NCBI GenBank assembly: GCA_040954595.2
Contig: JBECUI020000024.1
Coordinates: forward strand, 62,001-126,000
Origin: Balanoglossus misakiensis
Taxonomy: Eukaryota > Animalia > Hemichordata
DNA length: 64,000 nucleotides
Direction: 5' to 3'
Within the stretch, counting starts at the first letter, position 1. Each line of letters begins with the position of its first letter. Positions 53,887 through 64,000 of the stretch are shown piece by piece. The notes under the pieces were generated by a model. It did no database searches. It was not told the DNA's origin and saw only the letters and a program-made list of their open reading frames with translations. The position numbers were made by a program, and so were the translations under genes.

Positions 53887-53971
53887 CGCAAAGAGTGTAC
53901 CCAGGTGTACCAGGCGTGTCATTAATTAGCGCCCCCCACGTCCGGATGGGCCAAAATATCATTATGTTACA

Positions 53972-55336
53972 TCAGCATGGATTTGTTAAAAATAGATCTA
54001 CCACAACCAACTTAGTGGCTTACACTGATTTCATTTCAGCTTCATTGAACAACAAAGAACAGGTAGATTCAATCTACACTGATTTTAGCAAGGCGTTTGA
54101 CAGTGTCTGTCACACACTACTGCTGTACAAAGCCGCCAAATTTGGTATATGTGGCAATTTGCACAGCTGGCTGGCGTCGTATCTCCATCTCAGACAACAG
54201 AGGGTGGTGTTTGGCAGTCACTCGTCAAACAGCTTCACTGCTACATCGGGGGTCCCACAAGGTTCACTCTTGGGGCCACTACTTTTTGTAATGTATATAA
54301 ATGATATATCACTGTTAGATATTTCTGCAAAGCTCAGCATGTATGCCGACGATGCTAAGATTTACCGTACCATCACCTCCTCCGCTGATTGTGACTTGTT
54401 ACAGAAAGACCTTGATAAATTTGCTCTCTGGTGTGACAACTGGAAGTTGTCACCTAATATCAATAAATGCAAATTCATCAGTTTCACCCTAAAGAAAAGG
54501 GTTATTTCATCTACTGACTACTCTATCAATGGCACTCCCCTTCAACGTGTTTCTGTAATCAAGGACTTGGGCATATACCTTACTTCTAATCTCAATTATT
54601 CTTTCCACATAAATAACACAGTTTCCAGAGCCTTCAAATCTCTGGGTTTTATTAAGCGCCTCTGCCAGCCTTTTAATGACATATCCGCTATTATTTCTCT
54701 ATATTTTGTTTATGTAACATCTATTCTAGAGTATGGCTCTGTTGTGTGGTCACCCCACCAAAAGGGCCTGTCAGACAAGATTGAGCGGGTACAAATTAAG
54801 TTTGTGAAGTACATTTGTTGCAAACTCAATATTCACTGCAGCAGGTCCAGCTACCCTATTTATTGTAGATTACTGAATATCCCAATGTTATATAACAGAA
54901 GACTCACCCTTGACATGTTTTTTTATACAAAATTATCCACTCACAGTATGATTCACCTGGTATTTTAAATCAAATATGTTTTTACGCCCCTAGTAGAAAT
55001 TTACGCAAGAAACCCCTTTTTAAACCCGACTTGCGCTCCGTTAATTGTAGAAAATTCTCGACAATGCTCAGATGCATGTCTGCTTTTAATGAGATTTCTT
55101 CTAAATGTAATATTGATATTTTTTCTACGCTCCACAGTTTTAAATCTATTTTATCCAGTCATTTTAATGGTACTGTTCCTTGATTTGTATTTATATTTTA
55201 CGTGACATGTGTTACTTTTTTGGTGTCTTGTTTTTCAGTTAATTTTTGTTTTGTGACTTAATTGTTTTTATTGTTTCCCAGATCTGTAAGTGGGTTTGCC
55301 CGTTGATCTGTGTAATAAATAAATAAAAATAAATAA
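53972..55336 (+). mobile_element. CR1-like LINE 3' portion: RT, ORF2 C-terminus, 3' UTR, (TAAA)n tail
   Basis: YADD RT. After a frameshift in the T7 run (~54920) the frame continues YKIIHSQYDSPGILNQICF...* (55181). T-rich UTR, then a TAAA tail joined to BEL ATACTGCAG. Confidence 0.92.
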
Positions 55337-58143
55337 ATACTGCAGAAAACTCCATGAAATACTACCATGAAGCCAATGAGTTGATGACATCAGGCGGATT
55401 CAAACTCAGAGCATGGTCTTCCAACTGTCAACAAATAAACGAACTCGCTACATGTGACAATCTGAACGAACCCACCGAAGATGTATCCGTTTTGGGAATG
55501 CAGTGGTCAACAAAATCTGACGAATTGACTTACTCCAAAGTGGTTAATATGTCGTCGCGTGCCGAACTCGTGACCAAACGTGACATTGTCAGCTATGTGG
55601 CGATGCTATTTGATCCGTTTGGATTTCTCGCCCCTGTAATGATCAAAGCCAAATTGTTCATTCAGTTACTATGGAAACTGGAATTAGACTGGGATGAACC
55701 TATCAACGCAGATCTCTACACTCAATGGATGCACATCGCAGAAGATCTCAAAGACTCGCGAAACACGAAGATCGAACGACAATATTTTGATGAACTTGAA
55801 GGCGACAATGAATGCGAGCTACACGCCTTTGCAGACGCAAGCCAGAGAGCGTATGGGGCAGTAGTGTATTTGAAAAGAGGACAGCAAACGTCTTTTGTGA
55901 TGGCGAAGACTAGAACCGCACCAGTGGCTGAAACTACACTCCCGCGACTGGAATTGATGGCTGCGTTAATAGCCACACGTCTCAGCAAGTACGCTAAAGA
56001 AGCCCTGTCCTCCAAATATGACATAGTTCGTTGTTATTTATGGAGTGACAGCCAAATTGTCCTTCACTGGCTGAACAGTGAGAAGAGACTTCCGGTGTTT
56101 GTGAAGAATCGAGTAGATGAAATTCGCGAATTTCAGTCCACAAAGAAATACTGCCCATCAGAACACAACCCAGCTGATCCTTTAACCAGAGGGGTAACCT
56201 ACGAAATGATGGAACGCTCTGAACTATGGCGTAATGGACCAACATGGCTAAAGACAAGCGATTGGCCTAGTTGCCCAGCGTTTGATGTTAATGTGATGCA
56301 TACCGCAATCGAACCAGATGAGACGGACAGATTGCCGCCGCGTTTCGGCAACGGAATCAACGATCAGTCTACCGAGAAGGCAGAAATACTCGCTCCCCCC
56401 AAAGCCAGACGATGTACAGATCGCGAAAATCTGGAAATTACCAGTCCCAATGACTACGGAATTCAACACGTTGTTGACATTTCCAGATTCAACAACTTGG
56501 ATAGGCTATTACGAGTGACAAGTTATGTCCTCAGATTCATCGCACGGATGAAAAAATCTACCGAGGTGAAACACGGGAGAATTACCCCTGATGAGCTGCA
56601 CCGAGCGGAAAATATGTGGGTTAAACATATTCAACGGCAGTTCTATGACGCCGAAATCCAGTCTGTGAAATTGAACTTGAGTAAATGTGCGCCCATTGTT
56701 CGACAACTGAACTTATTTGTTGACGAAGAAGACGTACTTCGCTGTGGGAGTAGAATCCATAACGCGCCGATCGATTTCGTCACAAGATTTCCCGCCTTGA
56801 TACCCTCGCATCATAAATTGACAAATTTGATAATACGGAAATGACACGAACTGACGCTTCACCAGGGAGTCCAATCTACAGTGACACAGATAAGGCAAAG
56901 ATATTGGATCCCCAAAATTCAGATTATTGTACGCGGTGTCTTACGTGGTTGTGTCATTTGCAACAAAGTTACCGGGAAACCTTACGCGAATCCAGTGCAA
57001 GCGCCGCTACCAAGTTATCGAGTGAACATTGTCCCAGCATTTACTGTAACAGGCGTGGATTTCACGGGTCATCTTTATACCAAGGCCAAAGATGGGACAC
57101 GTGCCAAAGCCTATATCTGTTTATTCACCTGTGCGGTGACGCGTGCCATTCACCTAGAACTGGTTCCTGATATGTCAACCCAGACGTTCATGCACGCGTT
57201 CAGAAGATTCGCCGCGAGACGTTCTTTGCCGAGTAGGATGCTGTCAGACAACGCATCGACTTATTTATCGGCTGCCAATGAAATCAAAACACTGTTTGAT
57301 ACGCCAGAAGTAAATGACTTTCTCGCCGCACACCGTGTACAATGGACGTTTATACCGAAGCGCGCGCCCTGGTTTGGTGGCTTCTGGGAGAGGCTGATTG
57401 CTTTGACAAAGAACGCTATTAGGAAAACTCTCGGTCGAGCTTACCTAACCTTTGATGAACTCGCAACAGTTGTGACTGAAATTGAAGCCGTTTTAAACGA
57501 CAGGCCGTTAACGTACGTGTCATCCAGTATAAACGACAACATTGGATTGACCCCAAATCACTTGCTACATGGCAGGACACTGACCTCATTGCCGTACATC
57601 GAGATCACCGACGAAGAGGTGATTGACCCATCTTACTGTGATAATCGTGAAATCAACAAAAGATATGAACATCTATCAAGATTTCACGATCAATTTTGGC
57701 GAAGATGGCCGTCCGAGTATCTGACTGCCCTACGTGAACGACATCCCACCAAAGGAACTCGTGATAATGTCATCAAGGTCGGAGATGTCGTGATAATACA
57801 CAGTGACACTGACAAACGTCCGAAATGGCATTTAGGAACTGTAACAAGGTTGATCTTCGGTAATGATAAACTGGTACGATCTGCGGAGTTGAACACCGCA
57901 GGTGGTCCTACAAACCGACCTATCCATAAATTGTACCCATTGGAAGTTGTCTCCAAGGAGCTGTCAACTGTGTCTGGAGATAATACAGGTATTGGAGCAG
58001 ATTCCAACACGAATACTGAAACAGTCGACACAGCTGGAGCCTCTGAAGATTCCTCGGTGAAGGCGGATGTTGTACCCCCGAGACGACCTGTCAGAGACTC
58101 TGCAGTTGCCGCTCGAGTACGAATAGCGGATCTCTCTATTTGA
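55337..58143 (+). pseudogene. pol: BEL B copy 2 RT end, RNaseH and integrase; one nonsense codon at 56842
   Basis: ORFs 55354-56844 and 56881-58143 are in the same frame; TCA in copy 1 is TGA here. Confidence 0.92.
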
Positions 58144-58314
58144 CTTTGAAATTGGAAAACAATTTCGATCGCATTGTGACTGTTATCATGTTTACTGACA
58201 CAATGAACATTAGTTTATTGTCCTTGAACACTTTAGGTGACTTTAATCATATTTCATGTTATTTAATGTTTTTTTTCTGATGATTTTCGAGACTTTCCTG
58301 TGCGCGGGGGAGAA

Positions 58315-58650
58315 TATGGAGAAGTGAGAGATTTACTCCAGAAGGATCACGTGACGGAAACTCTTACCCTATCAGAGTTGACTTTGTTTACCGCCAAACT
58401 TTATACTTGTAGCAGATTTATTGTAATTGTTGAGTGTTTGCTCCGGCGTTCGTGGGACTTATATATAACCCAGTTTTGGCGCTTTCGGGCAGCATTTTGT
58501 AAGGAGCTCTGTGGTGTTACTTTGTTGTTGGATTCAGATGGTAATAAACCAGTGTTTTACCTAGCACTGAATCGTTCGCTTCTTTTCCGATGTCAGTATA
58601 CTCGAACCCCCTCCCGGGAGTATTGATCACTGCCACGATACTTCCCCACA
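58315..58650 (+). repeat. 3' LTR, BEL B copy 2
   Basis: 336 bp after PPT GGGGGAGAA, followed by ATTTG. Confidence 0.93.
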
Positions 58651-61600
58651 ATTTGGTCAAAATGGTAAATTTTTGAAAATTACAAAAAATACCCGTTTTC
58701 TACATTTTCGAAAATCTGATGGAGTATAAAATGCTCTTCGTATGTATATATCGATACAAATTCCAAAAAAGACAGTCTAATATGGCTCACTGCAGACAAA
58801 ATTGTGTTTTACCAAATTTTCCTTGAAAATGTCATTTTTAGAAATAAAAATAAAAAAACCTTTGTTCTTCGAATTTGGTGCCCTGATCATATATGACATG
58901 TTGATTGTATGTTAAAACATTCGACCACTCCAAAAATGCAGAGATATTGACAGAATTCAAGAAAAAATAGCCATTTTGGCCATATTTTGACAAAAATGGT
59001 AAATTTTTAAAAAATCATAAAACATTGACTCTTTTCTTATTTTTTCGGAAATATTATGGAGCATGAAGTGTCGTTCTCTAGTAAAAAGTGCTGCAAATTC
59101 CAGAAAAGGCGGTATAATTTAAATCACCCAAGACAAAATTACCATTTTCGACTTTTTTTTTCGAAAATTGTCTTTTTTACAAAATAAATAAGAATACATT
59201 CTTTTCTTAGTTTCAAACGGGTAGAGATACTTTCCACTCGGGTTTTCTAACATTGAATTCCCGTTCATCAACTCAGATTTCCTACAGCATAAGTCGGCTA
59301 AAACCCTGACACTCTAGAGCAGAAACAGTTGCACACTGGTAACTTTGAACAAGTCGATTTTTATACGGCCTGGCTCGGCTAAATCTCCGTCACAACATGA
59401 CAGACACTAGCGTACGTTAGGAATGGTGATCAAGTCAGATTTTCTACGGCATGGCTTGGATAAAGCCCAGGCACTCTAGAGCAGAAACACGCGTACAGAG
59501 ACCACGTTGATCAAGTCTGATCTCCTACGGCTTAGCTCGACTAAAACCCAGGCACACTATGACAGACACTAGCGTTCGTTAGCAACGTTGATCAAGTCAG
59601 ATTTCCTACGGCATGGCTTGGCTAAAGCCCTGGCACTATAGAGCAGAAACACGCGTACAGAGACCACGTTGATCTACTCACATTTCCTTCGGCCAGGCAC
59701 GGCTGATGCCCCGGCACTATATATAGGACACAGACTGGCGTAAGTTAACAACGGTAATCACGTCGGGTTTCCTACGGCCTAGCTCAGCTGAAGCCCCGGC
59801 ACTCTAGAGCAGAAACAGGCGTACATTGACCACGTTGATCAAGTCAGATTTCCTACGGCGTGACTCGGCTGGTACACCGGCTCTATATGACACAGACTGG
59901 CGTAAGTTACCAACGGTGATTACGTCGGATTTCCTACGGCCTGGTTTAGCTGAAGCCCCGGCACTTTAGAGCGGAAACACGCGTACATTGACCACGATGA
60001 TCAAGTCAGATCTCCTACGGCCTGGCTCGACTAAAACCCCGGCACACCATGACAGACACTAGCGTTTGTTAGCAACGTTGATCAAGTCGGAATTCCTTAG
60101 GCCTGGCTCTGCAAAAGACCCGACACTCTAGAGCAGAAACACGCGTACAGAGACCACGTTGATCTACTCGGATTTCCTTCGGCCTGGCTCTGCAAAAGAC
60201 CCGACACTCTAGTACAAAGACGTTGGCTAAGTCGGGCAAACCGAAGAGGGAAAGTCACAGCGGGTCAACACTCGACATTTGTTCGGGTAGGACTGCATTA
60301 TTGCCTGTCAATTTATAGAGAAAGCCCGAATTTTGACCAGGGCGCTTCAAACACCGACGTTAGTTGGGGGCACGGCCTGCAGTACTGCCGGGTAAGCTCA
60401 TATCGGCGTACCGCATATAATGTAGGGGGGGGGGGAAACAGAACGGTTCAATACTACATTTATTAGATATCAGCTTATTTTGGACAATCATCTAAAATCT
60501 AAATCATTTTTTCATATTTGGATATCTAATGATGTATGAAATTTCCATTATATGTAAACATGGTGCTGATTATAAAAAATGCACTCTGAATGAGCTGATT
60601 TAATACAAAATTGCGTTTTATTCGTTTTTGCACCAAAAAGGTCATTTTTAGGCAAAACATTCTTTATTTTATTAATTCGGTGACCTGATCATATATAAAC
60701 AATTGCTTGTATGTTAAAAGTTTTGATGACTTTTAAAAGCAGTGACATTGGCGGCATTCAACACGAAAATAACAATTTTAGCCACAATTTGGACAAAATG
60801 GTAAATTTTTGAAAATTACAAAAAATACCTGTTTTCTACATTTTCGGAAATCTGATGGAGTATAGAATGCTCTTCGTATGTATATATCGATACAAATTCC
60901 ACGAAAGACCGTCTAATTTGGCTCACTGCAGACAAAATTGCGTTTTACCAAATTTTCCTTGAAAATGTCATTTTTAGAAAAAAAAATAAAAAAAACCTTT
61001 GTTCTTCGAATTTGGTGCCCTGATCATATATGACATGTTGATTGTATGTTAAAACTTTCGACCACTCCAAAAATGCAAAGATATTGACGGAATTCAAGAA
61101 AAAATAGCCATTTTGGCCATATTTTGACAAAAATGGTAAATTTTTGAAAAATCATAAAAAATTAACTCTTTTCTTCATTTTCGGAAATATTATGGAGCAT
61201 GAAGTGTCGTTCTCTTGTAAAAAGTGCTGCAAATTCCAGAAAAGGCGGTATAATTTGAATCACCCAAGACAAAATTACCATTTTCGACTTTTTTTCGAAA
61301 AATTGTCTTTTTTACAAAATAAATAAGAATAAATTCTTTTCTTAGTTTCAAACGGGTAGAGATACTTTCCACACGGGTTTTCTAACATTGAATTCCCGTT
61401 CATCAACTCAGATTTCCTACAGTATAAGTCGGCTAAAACCCTGACACTCTAGAGCAGAAACAGTTGCACACTGTTAACGTTGAACAAGTCGATTTTTCTA
61501 CTGCCTGGCTCGGCTAAATCTCCGTCACAATATGACAGACACTAGCGTACGTTAGCAACGGTGATCAAGTCAGATTTTCTACGGCATGGCTTGGATAAAG

Positions 61601-64000
61601 CCCTGACACTCTAGAGCAGAAACAGTTGCACACTGTTAACGTTGAACAAGTCGATTTTTCTACTGCCTGGCTCGGCTAAATCTCCGTCACAATATGACAG
61701 ACACTAGCGTACGTTAGCAACGGTGATCAAGTCAGATTTTTAACGGCATGGGTTTCCTACGGCCTGGCTCAGCTGAAGCCCCGGCACTCTAGGGAAGAAA
61801 CACGCGTACAGAGACCACGTTGATCAAGTCTGATCTCCTACGGCTTAGCTCGACTAAAACCCAGGCACACTATGACAGACACTAGCGTTCGTTAGCAACG
61901 TTGATCAAGTCAGATTTCCTACGGCATGGCTTGGATAAAGCCCAGGCACTCTAGAGCAGAAAAACGCGTACAGAGACCACGTTGATCAAGTCTGATCTCC
62001 TACGGCTTAGCTCGACTAAAACCCAGGCACACTATGACAGACACTAGCGTTCGTTAGCAACGTTGATCAAGTCAGATTTCCTACGGCATGGCTTGGCTAA
62101 AGCCCTGGCACTATAGAGCAGAAACACGCGTACAGAGACCACGTTGATCTACTCACATTTCCTTCGGCCAGGCACGGCTGATGCCCCGGCACTATATATA
62201 GGACACAGACTGGCGTAAGTTAACAACGGTAATCACGTCGGGTTTCCTACGGCCTGGCTCAGCTGAAGCCCCGGCACTCTAGAGCAGAAACAGGCGTACA
62301 TTGACCACGTTGATCAAGTCAGATTTCCTACGGCGTGACTCGGCTGGTACACCGGCTCTATATGACACAGACTGGCGTAAGTTACCAACGGTGATTACGT
62401 CGGATTTCCTACGGCCTGGTTTAGCTGAAGCCCCGGCACTTTAGAGCGGAAACACGCGTACATTGACCACGATGATCAAGTCAGATCTCCTACGGCCTGG
62501 CTCGACTAAAACCCCGGCACACCATGACAGACACTAGCGTTTGTTAGCAACGTTGATCAAGTCGGAATTCCTTAGGCCTGGCTCTGCAAAAGACCCGACA
62601 CTCTAGAGCAGAAACACGCGTACAGAGACCACGTTGATCTACTCGGATTTCCTTCGGCCTGGCTCTGCAAAAGACCCGACACTCTAGTACAAAGACGTTG
62701 GCTAAGTCGGGCAAACCGAAGAGGGAAAGTCACAGCGGGTCAACACTCGACATTTGTTCGGGTAGGACTGCATTATTGCCTGTCAATTTATAGAGAAAGC
62801 CCGAATTTTGACCAGGGCGCTTCAAACACCGACGTTAGTTGGGGGCACGGCCTGCAGTACTGCCGGGTAAGCTCATATCGGCGTACCGCATATAATGTAG
62901 GGGGGGGGGGGGAAACAGAACGGTTCAATACTACATTTATTAGATATCAGCTTATTTTGGACAATCATCTAAAATCTAAATCATTTTTTCATATTTGGAT
63001 ATCTAATGATGTATGAAATTTCCATTATATGTAAACATGGTGCTGATTATAAAAAATGCACTCTGAATGAGCTGATTTAATACAAAATTGCGTTTTATTC
63101 GTTTTTGCACCAAAAAGGTCATTTTTAGGCAAAACATTCTTTATTTTATTAATTCGGTGACCTGATCATATATAAACAATTGCTTGTATGTTAAAAGTTT
63201 TGATGACTTTTAAAAGCAGTGACATTGGCGGCATTCAACACGAAAATAACAATTTTAGCCACAATTTGGACAAAATGGTAAATTTTTGAAAATTACAAAA
63301 AATACCTGTTTTCTACATTTTCGGAAATCTGATGGAGTATAGAATGCTCTTCGTATGTATATATCGATACAAATTCCACGAAAGACCGTCTAATTTGGCT
63401 CACTGCAGACAAAATTGCGTTTTACCAAATTTTCCTTGAAAATGTCATTTTTAGAAAAAAAAATAAAAAAAACCTTTGTTCTTCGAATTTGGTGCCCTGA
63501 TCATATATGACATGTTGATTGTATGTTAAAACTTTCGACCACTCCAAAAATGCAAAGATATTGACGGAATTCAAGAAAAAATAGCCATTTTGGCCATATT
63601 TTGACAAAAATGGTAAATTTTTGAAAAATCATAAAAAATTAACTCTTTTCTTCATTTTCGGAAATATTATGGAGCATGAAGTGTCGTTCTCTTGTAAAAA
63701 GTGCTGCAAATTCCAGAAAAGGCGGTATAATTTGAATCACCCAAGACAAAATTACCATTTTCGACTTTTTTTCGAAAAATTGTCTTTTTTACAAAATAAA
63801 TAAGAATAAATTCTTTTCTTAGTTTCAAACGGGTAGAGATACTTTCCACACGGGTTTTCTAACATTGAATTCCCGTTCATCAACTCAGATTTCCTACAGT
63901 ATAAGTCGGCTAAAACCCTGACACTCTAGAGCAGAAACAGTTGCACACTGTTAACGTTGAACAAGTCGATTTTTCTACTGCCTGGCTCGGCTAAATCTCC
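58651..64000. repeat. Complex satellite, block 3 (continues past window end)
   Basis: Poly-G markers at ~60424 and ~62900; period 2477. Confidence 0.95.

Larger units (their letters stand above)
44447..53971 (-). mobile_element. Ty3/Gypsy LTR retrotransposon: 5' LTR + PBS + gag-pol; native 3' UTR/PPT/3' LTR junction missing
   Basis: Domain order PR-RT-RH-IN, tRNA-Lys PBS next to the LTR, 4-bp TSD TCAG. Confidence 0.92.
50626..53971 (-). repeat. Gypsy 5' LTR (3346 bp)
   Basis: TG...CA ends, adjacent PBS, TCAG at 53972-53975. Confidence 0.92.
37770..58650 (+). mobile_element. BEL/Pao family B copy 2, carrying a ~14.4 kb nested insertion in RT
   Basis: LTRs at 37770-38105 and 58315-58650, TSD ATTTG. 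Matches copy 1 on both sides of 40945-55336. Confidence 0.95.

Noticed and set aside
15543-63849. Recurrent 60-90 aa ORFs in the satellite (MESISTRLKL..., MSKYGQNGY..., MNRSVPPPP...)
   Set aside because: Mostly non-ATG starts, frames broken by homopolymer indels between monomers, no recognisable domains.

Overview
Eukaryotic (metazoan-looking, CpG not depleted) repeat-only window, probably heterochromatic. I see no host gene, rRNA, tRNA or CRISPR. (1) 1-14253: three tandem copies of a decayed BEL/Pao LTR retrotransposon (family A). They are separated by a duplicated ~2.3 kb probable DNA-transposon fragment carrying a TTAA fold-back MITE, and one copy has a 300-bp CR1/L2-like LINE stub. (2) 14254-64000: a complex ~1.65-2.5 kb tandem satellite (81-bp subrepeats + ~250-bp single-copy core + AT-rich ~335-bp trimer). 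It is interrupted twice at the same base by a second BEL/Pao element (family B; 336-bp LTRs with non-canonical TA...CA ends; TSD ATTTG), and shared variants indicate one insertion duplicated with the array. (3) The second B copy contains a 5'-truncated CR1-like LINE, which contains a Ty3/Gypsy element (tRNA-Lys PBS, TSD TCAG). Its 2.4-3.3 kb LTRs are mostly tandem arrays (88-bp, plus homogeneous 101-bp x16 versus x24). The Gypsy locus is rearranged: a solo LTR plus ~1 kb of LINE RT is duplicated next to a 3'-truncated provirus, giving two chimeric repeat-RT reading frames.
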